Shown here piece after piece: positions 1-15,739 of a DNA stretch of 64,000 bases. Source of the stretch: Chrysomallon squamiferum (taxonomy: Eukaryota; Animalia; Mollusca); assembly GCA_012295275.1 (NCBI GenBank), contig CM022668.1, forward strand, positions 13,330,001 through 13,394,000, written 5' to 3'. Every line of letters begins with the position of its first letter. Within the stretch, counting starts at the first letter, position 1. Under the pieces are notes generated by a model. The model saw nothing but the letters and a program-made list of their open reading frames with translations, ran no database searches and was not told where the DNA came from. Both the position numbers and the translations under genes were made by a program.

Positions 1-1704
1 ACAGCACCTTATTAATATATATATTTTATTTTAAATTTTTTTTTACATTCTTATTCATGTGTTAAATTTTTTTCTAATAAAGAAACTCAAGTTTAGCAGC
101 AAAGTTTTTTTTCTTTTTTTTTTTAATCTACTTTCCAAGATACAGTAACACACCTCCACTGACTGATAAAACATATCACAAAACAGACAAAAGCCAACAA
201 GGCAGTTCTGGGGTACTGATCCTACTACCTGTTGTTCCTCAGGAAAAAATGTTTTTACTTCCAGACGACTTGCCTAGGGAGTCAATCGGAAATCTTTTTT
301 CGTCATCAGTGCTCAGTTACTTGATGAGAAATGTTGTTATTGATAATTCAGTTAGCACAGTCAGCGATTTGGAATGTGTAACTTTTTCATTTTCCCAGGA
401 CTGCATTTATTATCCAATAACAATTCTGCTACTAATAGAAAATTTAGGAAAGCTAAGCAAAGTATATGAAAGATTTCTTCTTTCAAGCTTCGCTCTTGTG
501 GTTGTAACTATTTACATCAACGGTCATTATTTACACTTAAAGAGAAATAATAATTATTAACTACATAATAATCAGGTAAAGGTATATATATATATTCATA
601 ATCTCAACATTTATTTTTAACACTTCATTCTTTTCTTTTCTTTTCCTTTCCTTTCACTTATTTCAACATACTTCCTTTAGTTTTTCCTTCTTTCATTCAT
701 TAAGCTTCCTTTTTACTTTTTCCTTAATCTTCCTTCCTTCCCCCCAAAAATCTTTCATTTTAGCTTTTTCCTTCTTTCATTTATAAACCTTCCCTTCAAT
801 CCACTTGTTTTTATTTTCAGTTTTTCCTTCTTTCATTCCCCCCCCTCTTCTTTCAGTTATTATTCAGTATATTTATTACTGCACTAGTTATTTCAATACA
901 TGGCAGAGTTATATTATAATTCAGTCTCTGGTTTATTGTATCATATTTTCAACAGTCTGGTACGATTCTCTGATATCGTCTACTGCTTTCTATTATAATT
1001 TTATTTTACATGATCAAGACCTCCCTTCCCTTTTATTAGTTAACAGGTTAAGAAATTCCATGGGGAAGGGATACAGAAAAGAATTAAAAAAATAATTTAA
1101 AAAATTAAAAAAAAACAGCACTGAAATATTACCGAAATTGGCTCGATTCAAGCAGTTTTACACATACAAAATTATATTGATGGTTAAACTTAATTTACAA
1201 TCTTTTTAACAGAAAGCCAGTTCATTTTTTATTATTTATTATTATTTTTTTTTTCCCACCACTAAAAAGGGACAGAAGAAGGAACAAAATGTATTTTATT
1301 TACCAACATTCGACAGTTATACGTTGTTTTATATACGGTTTAAGGATCGTAAGAAAATCCCAGGAACTGAGAAGATTAAAGATTATCTCTCATTTCTCTT
1401 TCTAAACCCAGAAACGGATTCCAGGTTTTGCTGTTTGCTGTGTTGGCTAGCTGTGTTCTATCATAGGCCAGCTGCCAGTCTGTGTTAGATAACTGACATG
1501 CTCTGCATATCTGCAGCTTGGACTCCCGTGTATGAGAGAGAGAGAGAGAGAGATGTTGTTGTTAGGCTGCCCGATTCCTGGCCAATATTCTAGTGAACTT
1601 TTTGAGTGGAAAATTTAACGATAATTTTTCTCATCTACTGTGGATGTGATCAATTAGTGCAGTGAACCAGCTATGGTTATATTAGGTGTGTGTGTGTGTT
1701 TGTA

Positions 1705-1772
<68 letters not shown>

Positions 1773-4343
1773 CGTGCGTGTGTGTGCGTGTGTATGTAAA
1801 CTAAATTTGATATTCAAATTTTCTGCAAAGTCTGCTGAAATATAATGTCTGGAAATATAATTTTTCTGAAGACTAACTGAAAGATAAAAAAAAAAAAAAA
1901 AAAATGCCTCTTTGATTTAAATCTGGAATATCCATAAGCTTTTTTCTCTTTCAACTTTTTGAAAATAATAAATTAAAACCAGCCTTGATTTGAGTAATTT
2001 GAGTTCACACTCTTTATCAATGCAACAACAAAAAAATCAGATGATGAAGGCAAAAATTTTAAAATGGTGTTATTAATATTACTATAACGTTCTTTTTAAC
2101 AATAACAGTAATGACAGGATATAATAAAATTATCTCACTTATTTATGAATAACTAATAATGAAGAAATACTACTAAGCAGTAATAATAAATCAGTAAATA
2201 CACATTTCTGAAATAATTAATCATTTTATTTTCATTCATTTATTTTTATTAGTGTTATTAATTTATTTTTCTTAATGTTTTTAATGCTAAACAGATTATG
2301 ACAATTCTTTTTTTTTTTTTTTTTTTAAATTTGAAATCATTATTTTACTTTCATGTTTTCTTTTTAATATCTTTAAAGTTAAAAAACAACAGCAGATTAA
2401 GGCAAATTCAAATTCACCACAGTTTCATGGATATTTCATTACTTATGCTTGCATGCTACTGGTTTAGACATGATGCCAAATTACACCTGTATCTTTTTAT
2501 ATTGTAATAGTTATGTTATTTAATAGATATGTTATTTAATAGACATGCTATTTAAATAACACTGGATGTGAGTTAATGTTATCAGACAGTAGTCAGAAAA
2601 AAAGAAAAAAAATAACAAAAATAATAAACATAAAATTAAAAAATAATTTTCAATATAAAGAGAAACGAAAAAAAAAAAATAAAAAAAAAAATTAATTAAA
2701 TCTACTGTTACAGAGCCAGGGAAGAAGAGAGAGAGAAAAAAAAAAAAAAAAAAAAAAAAAGATGTTTTCAAAAGAAAAAAAAAATATACAAGAACCAATT
2801 AAATTTAAAAAAAAAAAAAAAAGATTATACAAATGTAAAATAAATTTAAAAAAGAAATATATACTAATGTCAAAATTGTTATACAAAAAGAAAATGTCAT
2901 TTTAACAATAAAAGAAACACAAATACTATTTAATATAAAACCCAACTCTCACATTAGAGTAGAAAAGAAAAAACGTTAACATTATGCCAGTGTAGAACAA
3001 AACAAAATGTCTTATTTGTGCAGAACAAATAGCTTATGTCATACTAGTCGTCTAGAACAAAAACATAATGTTATGCCAAGTAAAAGAGAAAAAAACCTCA
3101 CACTGTTGTATTGATGTCATATTAGTGCAGAACAAAACATTCTTGCATGACTATGGATTTATTTATTTATTTATTTATTTTTTTCGGGACTTTTCAATTA
3201 TACATTTATCTTTCATCTGAATGTTTTTCTACTACTTTTATAATCATCAGCTTAAATGTCACAAGAAGCAAAAAAAAAAAAAAAAAGAGACAGTATCAAA
3301 TAAAATCTTTGTATATGATAATTTTCAAAACAATCAGATACTGAAACATTAGCTGATATTCCTTGAGGCATGGAGCGTTTCAGGATCAATTCTCCTTGGG
3401 GGCATTTTCTATTTTAACCTGTTTAAAAATTCGCTAAATTTTAAAAAATCTGCTTTCTTTTTCTTCATCGATGCTGTAATTTCAGCAATATTATATTTTC
3501 TACACCCTAAAATGTTCTCTGATTTTTTTCCCTATAATACAAAGACTGGATTGGTGTATAATCATAACCTCAACTCAAAAAAATTTCTTGCGATTCTTAT
3601 TTAAAAGGGGTACCGACAACATTCTGGTTTTATTCATAATATGAACACCTCATTATCAATTTATTGCCACTTCTCACCCTGTGGACCCTCTTCTGGTTCT
3701 TATAACACACTAAGTACTAAAATACAATCAACACATCACCCCCTTTTCATTCCATATAGACCCTCCTCTGGTTCTTACAACACACTACTACTAAAACTTC
3801 ACCATCAAATTTTATCACCCCTACCCCTCTCAACCTATAGTACCCTCCCCTGATTTATTTCTTTTCTTGGGTGGAGAGGGGAACTATATCAAAAACCGTC
3901 ACCAAAAAAAAAAAAAAACCATTTTCCCCTCCCTCCCCCTCCTCTCAACTACGGCATCACCCAGAAACGCCACTGGCTCCAATTTAAAAACATGGTACAA
4001 GCTCGATGGTGTCAGTTTGGAATCTTCTTAGTCAACAGGTAAGCCATAAAGCCTAACAAACGGGTTTATGTTCGGCGAAAGCAGACAGAACATTAGGAAT
4101 CAATAACAAAACGGAGCTGAAGACCCGAGCCTCCACATTAAGAATAAGCCTGAAACATTTCTCGTTTTCCCAGGCAAATAAAAAAAAAACAGGAAAAAAA
4201 AAAAAAAACTAACAGATATATATATTAGTGGAGAAAAAAAAATAAAACGTATTAACGACTTGTAGATTTTTATTTCATTATGTTGTATTATTATCAGTGA
4301 ATGATTAAAGGCAGTTCTGGATAACTGTACTGGGGGGGGTGTT

Positions 4344-4389
<46 letters not shown>

Positions 4390-4603
4390 GTGTTGAAAGG
4401 AAAATTAAAAACATTTTTTTTTTTTTTGCTAGTGTTTATCTAAAAGTGTCCCGATTAATAATAGATGGGTTATCTTAATTTTCTTTTTTCTTTTATTTAT
4501 TTATTTATTTATATTAATTGCTTACTGAGTAATATCTCTTCTTTTTTTTTTTTTTTTTTTTTTTTATCTGCTTATTTTTTTTTTTAATCATTTATACTTT
4601 GAG

Positions 4604-4659
<56 letters not shown>

Positions 4660-5289
4660 TTTATTGCATGTTTTTACTTGCTCTCAATAAAAGGTCAATA
4701 ACCATGTAACTATAATTTGTATGTCATATTCTTTACAAACATTGTGCAGTCTGTTAACTTGTTTATATTTGTAATCAATATTACTGTTATTGCGCGACCA
4801 GTTTCAATCAAAGGCACTGTAAGAAATCAGAGCTTAAGAGGTTTGATGAGTTGGGTTTTTCAGGTGTTTTTTTAGATGAATGAGGGGGTTTTACATTTTT
4901 TTCTTTTTTTTTAAACTAGTCGTATTTTTCTTTTATGAACAATCTGAAATAAATGTTATTTTTTAAATGTAAAAAGACATAAGCTAAAAAAAAAATTAAA
5001 AAAAATAAAAATAAAAATTAATTTTTTTTTTATAAAATTTAAAAAAAAAAAAGAGACAAGCTGCAAATTACTCTATGCAGCAAAAATCCCATAAACTTTA
5101 AATTCATTTCACTACAATAAAAACAAATTTCAATTCAAACCATTTTCTTTATTAAATATATTTTAAAAAATAAAAAAAAAAAAAAAAAAGTTAAAGGCAA
5201 AACCACAATTATCCATAATTTGTTGTATATAACTGATGCTAGGTCAAAATTAGCTTTTGTTCACTGTTCTTTGTAAACTATCTCAAAAC

Positions 5290-5712
5290 AAAATATTAAC
5301 ATTTACATTAAATTCGTTTTATAAAATTAAATATCAGTTGAAATAAACTTTTGTTTAAGCAGTTCACTGTAACTGTCTCACACATCTGCATCAAATTTAT
5401 TTCATGACATTCTATGTCAACCAAAATAAACTTGAATCTTTATTTTATAAATTTTTAAAGATGAATCCTTTCTGAAAAATGTACAATATATAATTATCCA
5501 TAAACACTAAACAGAGTTTAATTTTACAACTTCATAACTATCAGATGGTTGAGATTAAAAACTCAATACAAACTATTAACATTTACATTAAATTCATTTC
5601 ATGACATTTAATGTCAGCCAAAATACACTTTAATCTCTATTTTACATATTTTAAAATAAAAATCACTCTTGTAAAAATAGAATATCCATAAACAGTAAAC
5701 ACAGATTATTCC

Positions 5713-5750
<38 letters not shown>

Positions 5751-6260
5751 GTCTTATGTTGGGGTTAAAAAAATTTAATATAAAATGTTAAAATTTACAT
5801 TAAATTAATATAATATCAACCAAAATCAAATTCTTTATTTTACATATTCTAAAATAAAAACCGTTTCTGTCAGAAATGCAGTATAACTGTCTATAACACT
5901 CAACGCCATTTTAGCCTGTTTTTCACAAAATATCTGACGATAAAACATTCAGTATAAAATATTAAAATTTACACTTAATTCATTTAATATCAGCAAAAAT
6001 CAGCTTCTATCAAAGATACAAAAACAAATAAACACAACAGAATACTTCTTAAAAAAAAAATTTTTTATTATTTTTTTTATATAAGCAGCTTAATTAGGGT
6101 TATTTAAGGATCATATTAAAATTTACATTAAACTCATTTCACTGACACTTATATCAACCACACCAACCTTCATTCTTTCTTTTAACACTTTTTTTAACAT
6201 AAAAATCATTTCAGTAAAAAAAAACGTACAAATAAAATGATCCATAAACACAATGGGACA
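5290..6260. repeat. Degenerate tandem repeat, ~5 copies of a 150-280 bp unit
   Basis: Anchor ATTAA(C/A)ATTTACATTAAA recurs at ~5295, 5575, 5788, 5961 and 6115, with shared downstream CAACCAAAAT and TCCATAAACA. Confidence 0.7.
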
Positions 6261-6444
6261 CTTCTTAAACCTAGTGGGTTTTGTTTTTTGTGTGTAACGT
6301 GGCTGAAATTGGGGTTATGTAACGACTGCACAATACACTGTGAACATTCCTGAGTAAATACACGAAAGAACACCAACTGGAGAGCTGATCCTATTCAGTA
6401 TTAGAAATATCTGACATCACAGCTGTGAAGTGTTATGTGTGTGG

Positions 6445-6452
<8 letters not shown>

Positions 6453-6534
<82 letters not shown>
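6453..6534. repeat. (GA)n microsatellite
   Basis: Pure dinucleotide run. Confidence 0.95.
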
Positions 6535-6537
<3 letters not shown>

Positions 6538-7473
6538 AATTTGTATGTGTGTGTCTATTCTTGATCTTTACTGAAAAAACTAGTTTTGTTACCATAATTT
6601 TTTGTATTTTTTTTTTAAAGTAACAATATCAAATTAATATATCACCTGTTAAAGAACACCTGTTATTATTGTTGTTGTTGTTGTTGTTGAGCATATTAAA
6701 CTGATTTATTTATAAAAATACAAATAGCATGTCAGTATTAATATGAGAAGAACAGTATTAAATTAACAGTCAAAATAACATTGTTCAGTATTCATAATAA
6801 TTAGTGGAATTAACCTACTGTCGACTAGGGATTAGTAGTAGATTAACCTTGAGCATAAATATTTAAAGAAAAAAAAAAGAAAAAAAAAACCACATTACCC
6901 ATCAACATAAAAAATATATTAAAAACATTCGAGATGTCAATTCACCAAGGTGACACACATACACAGAGTCAGCATTATCTATATAATGCTCTCTCACACA
7001 CACACACACACATTATTGATTGTGGAATCTTTACCCTTGTGGATAATTAAGACAAAAATATATTAACCTTTATATTAAGTACATTAATTCATCATTAGTA
7101 GACTGGTAAATTAACATCTATATTTTGTAGTAGCTGATAGTTACGAAAGTATGTTTATATTAGATAAATCACTTTCTCAGTCTCTCTCTCACACACACTC
7201 ACATACACACGCATTTTCAATGCACAGCAACACAAGATTTGTTGATAAATACAATGAATAGAAAGGAAATATGAAAGGGATGACTGACGAATCGAATACA
7301 GATGGACAAAAATGCAAAAATGAAAGAGAAATGAGACAAGTAATGAGACAGACAGAATGAATAAATAATTGTCAATATCTAACTACATAAATGTATCAAC
7401 TGCTAGATAAACAAAATATTATAGCTTTTAAAAATCTATTTAAAGTGTAAACTCATAAAAAAGGAGAAGATGA

Positions 7474-7545
<72 letters not shown>

Positions 7546-8051
7546 AAGCATTGAAATAAAAGTTTGGATAAAGGGAAAATATTCTTTATTTATTCTTTTT
7601 AACTTTCTCTTTTATTCAACACAATGAAAAATTCTTCTTAGTTTTAGACCAAAGCCCTCAGTATCTGACCACTAAATAAAGATATCCCAGATTTAAAAAA
7701 AAAAAAAATTAAATTAAATTAAAATAAAAAAGATAGCTTGGCGAACCAGAAAATTGTTGGTACATGCAGGTACATGTATACATGCTCTCAAGTACAACAT
7801 TATAATGTTTACAGATATCATACTAGTAACTGATAACATTCATACATGAACATGTATACTATCAACACTGGATAAAACGTAAGTATGTCTAGGACAAGCA
7901 AAAATTAATGGGCACAAATGTGGATATCAAGTCGCAATAGGCTTAGACAAGTACCATGTGCTTATCTGGATTATTAAATGAAAATTAAATTAACTGGGAA
8001 ATAGCGAGTTCACTAGGCACGCTTTTCTAACTAAACCATATTAATAGTATA

Positions 8052-8097
<46 letters not shown>

Positions 8098-8194
8098 ATG
8101 CACGCACATGCATGTGCACACATGCATACAGAAAGAGAGGGAGATTTTTTTTTTGTTCTTTTCTTTTTTTGGTAACTTAAATAATATTAATTAT

Positions 8195-8311
<117 letters not shown>

Positions 8312-9246
8312 CAGCATATTATAAAAATAGTCTTTATAAAAAAAAATGGTTGGGAAGATTATCACATGTGCATTAACTTCACTTTTCTGCAAAATATAAT
8401 GACAAGAAAAATACACAGCTGTTCATGAAAGCAACCCGAGAAAGATAATAAATAAATAAATAAATAAATAAATAAAGAAGCATGTATGATAAATATTTAT
8501 ATTCAGTCAATATTTGTAGTTGTAATACTGCACATTAAATTCGCAGCAAATGTTCATGAGTATGAGGGTTGGTGGCTTATATTGATATAACAATGAAATG
8601 TGTGGGTTTTTTTTAATTTTTTTAAATCCAATAAAATTAAAATTGAACAAAGAAACAGAATGAAAGGAAGAAAAGAATAAAAATTAAATAATAATAAGAA
8701 AAAATGTATCCTTTGTACACTTTTTAATATTACAAGTCTCAAATTTCCGATACTTAACACAAACTCACTAAATTACCTGGCAGCGTGATGGTTTAATTTA
8801 GATATTATAAAACAGCATAAATAAATAAATAAATGAATGTATTACACCAGCTTATTCTTAAAAGAAGGTTCTAGAATCCTACAGTGTTAAAAAAGTTCAT
8901 GGTACAAAGGTCTAATTACCTCAACAGTACAAAATGTAACAATTGTTTTTAACAGAGAATATTGTTATCAATGTTTGTGTTATATGCAAGTACTTCAACA
9001 AAAATGTAAAAATAGTAACACTTTAAAAAGATTTCTTAAATCTGTCTACTGTACTTTATTTTTAATAAGGAATAAGTATGACAATAGACAATGTGGGTAT
9101 TACTGAGGTATTATTCTGTATGCACATATATTACATGCATATATATATATATATATATACAGGATTGGTATGAATATGAGTGTTCATGTATGAGTACAGG
9201 TATATCTCCCAATCTGCATTTATGCATGGTGGGCATTAATTATTTA

Positions 9247-9316
<70 letters not shown>

Positions 9317-9573
9317 TTATTTTTTTATTGACATACATTAAGAGTGTTCTGTACACACACAGTACAAGCTATTAGCAAGTAAGACACAACATTTGTAAAA
9401 CTGCCAGTTTACAGAGTCTGCATATTGACTTCTGTGCATCAAGGTTATTTAATTACCATATCAACATCCAAGCCCTGCTTCACCAGTTCAACCCATACAG
9501 GGCCTCCGTTTGGACACAAGTATGGATTGCACTAATGACTATATTCTGTTTCAGGATTTCACTTCAGCTAGCT

Positions 9574-9575
<2 letters not shown>

Positions 9576-9636
<61 letters not shown>

Positions 9637-10030
9637 GTAATAATACAAATACAAATACGAATCCATATATACACACACATGCCATATAATACATTCTAAT
9701 AGACATGCACATACACATATGATGTAATACATACAAATAAACATTACACTCATACACCATACAACATACACAGAAACATGCCATACAAGATACACAAACA
9801 ATATAATACACACACATACACCATATAGTATACAGAGTATACAATACACACACAATACACACACCACACAATATACATGGCATACATGTTTCAAATACAC
9901 ACCATACAATACACACAGACAACACACACTCACTGTATAATACACACACGTATACACAAGACACAAACCTAACACACCAAACTACCACACAAAAACACAC
10001 AAAATACTAAACGCATAAAACTAAACACAC
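9576..10030. repeat. (CA)n microsatellite extended by a cryptic CA/ATAC-rich tract
   Basis: Pure (CA)n followed by ~400 bp of ACAC/ATAC-rich sequence; source of the spurious CV-rich ORFs. Confidence 0.85.
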
Positions 10031-10184
10031 TAAACACACAAACCTATTAACGAATCAAATTAAACAGAAAAAAAAAAAAAAAATAAAAAAAAAAAAAAAA
10101 ATATAAGCAAAAATGAATCCAGCTCAGCAGCCATTGAGCTAAGTAATTATCTTCCTCATTAAACAAAACCCATGTTAACAGGAG

Positions 10185-10265
<81 letters not shown>

Positions 10266-12057
10266 ATCGTTTTAACAACATCGCATTGTTTAGACGTTGG
10301 CGGCGATAAAGCCGATCCTGGTTATCACTCATTTCAAAATCTTTCTTAAAAGCTTTATTGAACACAATGGAGAGAGAAGCAGACTGTATTTTATTATTGT
10401 GGAGGTTCAGGTTTTTTTTTTTTTTTTTATAAATCTTGCCCATTGTTATCAAAGTTTATTTTTCTTTTCTGACCCTCAGGACAAATTATATTTTTTTTAT
10501 ACGTTTTTTTTTTTTTTTTTTACTTTTTGTATGCCATTGATAAAAATGCATATATCATTGTAATCATTACATTGACCTTTTTTCTTTCTCCCTATTTCAT
10601 TTTTTTTTTCTTTACAATAAAAAAAAAGAAAAAAAAAAAAAAAAAAAAAAAAGATGATAATAAAAGGAACAAACCGGGGCTTTTAGTATCAAATTACAAT
10701 TAAATGTGTCAAATTCAATTTGTTTTCTTCTCATTTTTTGATGTGGTGTTATATATAATAAAATAAAAAATAAAAAATTTATATAAATAAATGAATGGGA
10801 GAGAGAAAAAAAAAAAAATAGCATTATCAATTTTTGTCGTTTTGTGACACTGTTAACAAAATATGATAAACAAGTTATTTTTTTTTTTTTTTTGACTACA
10901 CTGATGTTTGGTCACAAAAGTTAATTTAACAGCAATAACAATAAATAAAAAAATAAGGAGAATTTTATTATTATTACTCACTTTTTTATTTTTTTTCATC
11001 AAAAATTTTAAAATCTGCTAAGCTTGACAATGAAGCCTGTATTTAACAGTCATCAACAAAATTGTCAAGTGTTTTTTTTTTTTTTTTAATAAAAAAAAAT
11101 GAAAACCATTTAATTTTCTTCAAGAAAAATGAACAAACAAAAAATATCAAAAAATACAATGACACTGCCAAATGAATTTCTGCAAAAAAATGATTAATTA
11201 TACAATATTTATTATTATTATTATTTCTTTTTATAATGATTGCAACTGTACATTAAGAGTAAGAAAGATATTTTTATTATTAATTAATTAATTTATTTAT
11301 TTATTATCATAGCAATAAAATGACTGCTGCCAATTAATATCTAAACATACCCATTAACAGTAAGAAATATTTTAAATCCCACAGAAAGAAACAACATATA
11401 CTATACATTTTAATAAAACATTTATGATCACTGCTTGGATTGGGAAATAGTAATAAAACATTTAAAAAAAAACAAAAAAAAAAAACTTAAAGAAGAACTT
11501 AAATAAGATCATATGACTTACTGTATTTAAGGTCAGTGGCTCTAACCTCTGACCTATGACCTGTCCCTCAAAACTATTTATTATATGAATATGTACCAAA
11601 TGGAAAGGATAACATATAAAATAACTGACTGCAGAAGTAACAGTTTCCAGGGGTGCAGAGGTGTCCAGAATACCCCCCCTCCCAATCCACCCGAATTGAT
11701 CAGTTCTGAAAACATCTACTGAATAGGTTAATTTATCTCTCTGTTCCTGAACATTATCATTATCAGCTTATGCAAAAATGGGGAAATAATAATTTGCTTT
11801 GATATATCATCTATACATCAATTTATGAAAGAAAGAGGAAGAAGAAGAAAAATAAATTAATAATAATAAAACAAAATATATACATTTCTTTTAAATGGCT
11901 AATAAAAAGTTACTATAGATTTTTCATGTGAACTTTATGTAACAGAAAAATAAGCTAATATTTTATCACTCATATATATATATATATATATATAAACATA
12001 TAAACACAAACCTGTACACACATGCACACTTACTTGTATTTATATTTTAATAATAGT

Positions 12058-12122
<65 letters not shown>

Positions 12123-12413
12123 TACCTGAAGACATCTGAATTTAATCTAGCCCTTTTCTCTTTCTAAATACATTCAAAGCAACAATGTAGAAAGATGACC
12201 TTTTGAATTTACTTTCAATATATAAATAATAAAATTAATAGTTTTGAAAATATCACCAGAGACACAAGATTTACAGATTCCGATCCAGAAATAACCAAAG
12301 TAAATTACATCATCTTGAGATATTCTGTAATGAGTTTACCATTAGCAAGAAAGAAAGTAAAAGATATAAAAATTATGTATAAACTACATTAGGAAATGTA
12401 AATCAAATAAACA

Positions 12414-12490
12414 TTTTATTTTATTTTATTTTATTTTATTTTATTTTATTTTATTTTATTTTATTTTATTTTATTTTATTTTATTTTATT
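12414..12490. repeat. (TTTTA)n pentanucleotide microsatellite
   Basis: About 15 perfect TTTTA units. Confidence 0.95.
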
Positions 12491-12750
12491 AGTTTATTAA
12501 TTAAAAGAAGAAAAATTGTTTACATGAAAACCATATTATAGATATTTTCTTTTCTTTCTTTATCTGTTTATTAAATAAAGAATAATTGTTACACGAAAAC
12601 CATACAATAGATAATTTCTTTTCTTGTTTTTTTCTTTACATCTTTATGTATTTATTTTTTAAATAAAGAATGATTGTTACATGAAAACTATAACAGATAA
12701 TTTCTTTTTTTTTTCATGTTATTGGTTACTTTTTTATTACTATTATTAGT

Positions 12751-12782
<32 letters not shown>

Positions 12783-14912
12783 TGTGGAGAGACTTTCTTA
12801 CTACCATATCTGTACTTTATTAATGAACTGAAAACATCTACATTTGCAAGAATCAAAAAAATCTATTTCGTCTCAATCGTTATAACACAAATACAATAGC
12901 ACTTAGACAGAAAGCAATTATCAGAAATGTGAAAATACAAAATGCAGACATTTTTGTCGTATTATATCTGTATTACACTTCAAATAATTAATTAACAAAA
13001 AAAAAACATTAATTGGCTTGATGAAAAATGTAATTTATTACTGTCATCTAGCTCTTAATTATTTCATTAAAAAAATAATAAATAAATTAAAAAAAAAAAA
13101 AAAAGAAGAGAAAAATCCAATAAGATGAAATTAAGCATAAGCATTTAGCCTTTTTGTTCAAAGCAACAACCAGATCATTTAACAACACTTACATAAAAGA
13201 TTTTTGTTTTTTGTTAGAAAGTTAAAGACGGCTGAAGAATGCTGTTGTTGTAACAATATCGTGTGTGTTATTTAGTTTAGCTTTCTCCAGCTACAGGAAA
13301 GAAATGAAGACTCTGACTTATACAAATCAATATTAACAGTGCTTATTAACTGTGTGCACCAGAGTGGCAAGATTTTCTATGTGACAGTATGAAAAAAAAA
13401 AAAAAAAAAGAAGAAGTGTTCTTTGGTGTCTCAAGAAAATGCAGATATAAAAATTTTTTTAAATACTATGAAAAGACATGAAGGACCAATTCAGGATATT
13501 AATAACAGGCTTAGTCTGTTTAAATTGAGACCAAAAAATAAAAAATAAAAAATAAAATAATAATAATAAAAATAATAAATAAGTAAAATAAATAATAAAA
13601 TATGTATCTGTATATAAAAAAAAGGAAAACAGATCAAAGAAAAGATTTAAAATAATATTTTTTTTTAAAATGGAGGAAAAAAGGTTAAGACATTATTCAG
13701 AAACATTTAATTTTTTTTTAAAATATTATCATTATTTATTTATTATTTTTACTCAGTCTGTTTTTAAAAGCAATATCTTTGTTTAACAAAAAATAGCATA
13801 GGTTAAACATAGATCATTTTCAAACCTAAACCGATTTATAAGAAACGTATACATTCATAAATATATAAAAATGATAGAATAAACATTTTTAAAAGCAAAA
13901 TTAACAAACAATAAAACGGCTTAAACTTAAAAACAGATAATTCTGAAAGCTAAATTGAGTTACAAGGACAGATTTTACTATCATTTGGCTTCCATCATTA
14001 ATAAATAAATCATATAATGATAAGAATAAATATAATTTAAATCAAAATAAACAAACTAAAAACGTAAGGAAAGATATACTGTCACTTGGCTGATACATTT
14101 AATAAATGTAACGGTAAGGAAAAAAAAAAAAAATACAAAATATAAAAAACCCCAATAAAATATATAACATAATTCTGAAACCGAAACCAAGTATATGGAA
14201 AGCTATAGGGTCACTTGACTGTTATCAGTATTATTTAAGATATTGTCTATTATCTGCAAAACAACTGATTTTATTTTGCATGAAAGGTTTGTTGAATTAA
14301 TGTATGTCTCAGGTTCTGTGATTCACTTGCAGTAACAAATAATATCACTGACATCACAAACCCTTTCACAAAAAAAAGTGGATTGACATTTTAGCCCTAA
14401 CATTTGTAAAGTAGAAAGTATCAGGTTAGGTTTAGAATTTTAAAAAAAACAATAATAAAATTAAAAAAAAAACAGCAAAGATCATGTACAGATTCTTGTG
14501 CTAAATTATATGTATGAAATATATATATAAAAAAAATATCTTTGTATCCTTCAATAAAATATATACAAACAGGTTCAGAAACTATTTTCTTTTCTTTTTT
14601 TCCCCCTCTCTTTCTTTCCAACCCCACTTTTTTTTCTCTTTCTCTCTCTCCTATTTTTTTTTTTTTTTTTTTTTTTTTCTTTTTTTTTTACAAATTTAGA
14701 ACTAAATCCACAAATCAAATGTGTTAAAAAGATATTGTCTGGTTGGTTTTATCTACATTTCTGAATCTAAAATAACTTTCTAACAAAGGCAGAAAACATT
14801 TTTCATCTTCAATTCAGAGCAATCGCAAAAATTATAAATAAATAAATAAGAAGAAAGAAAGAAAGAAAAGAAAAAAAAAAAAAAAACGAAAAGCCAATAA
14901 TAAAAATTTCAA

Positions 14913-14947
<35 letters not shown>

Positions 14948-15739
14948 CAATCAATCAAGCTAGTGATTATTAAAATATATTTATGTACATCACATTTGTT
15001 AAATTTATTTAAACATTTTTTTTAATTTATTTTTTTTTATTTCACATTTTTCTGGATTATAAATAAACTGAACATTAATTTTGGTTTTGTATTGCACTGA
15101 AGTTTTTATTTTAACTATTTGTGAAATTTTTATTTTTATTATTATTACTAAAGATTTAAAGTAAACCATTATTATTTATAATTTTTATTATGATTATCAG
15201 ATAAGAAGTTAAAAAAAAAGTGCAGATAAGAAGTAAAAATAAAAATAAAAAAATAATTAAAAAAAGTATATATTATTGTTATTATTATTATTAAAAGAGC
15301 TCAGATTATTTTCAAGTTCATAAAAAAAAACGTAGTATTTTCTGAAGAAATTTTATGTGACATTTCTTGTATTCATCTGAGATTTCAAAACAGCTAATGA
15401 TTACTTTTATGAAACCAAATAAACTGTTCAACATATATTTAAACTGCTGGGAATTATTATTATTAGTTTTCTTCAAGCCACACACACATACACACAAACA
15501 AATGGGGCATTTTTTGCTAATATTATGCAGAACAACATAAATACTATATCAACAGCTGATAAAAGGAAGTCATTATCATGGTACATATATTTTGTTATGT
15601 AATAATAACAATAATAATAATATTAAAATATAAACTCTTTACTAAAAAGATTGTTTGATATAGCCTATTTCCTAACAATCTTTGTCAATCTACATCTCGA
15701 AATGGTAAGTTTTTAATACATTTTTGGATTAACCTACAT

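Noticed and set aside
249-560. 103-aa plus-strand ORF
   Set aside because: No recognisable domain or phase-compatible partner exon; treated as a non-coding island or UTR-like sequence.
3992-4038. Nested plus-strand first exon MVQARWCQFGIFLVN ending at CAG|GTAAGC
   Set aside because: Good donor, but no downstream exon could be identified.
9551-10000. Cys/Val-rich ORFs as metallothionein- or keratin-like proteins
   Set aside because: Translation of a (TG)n-derived cryptic repeat.
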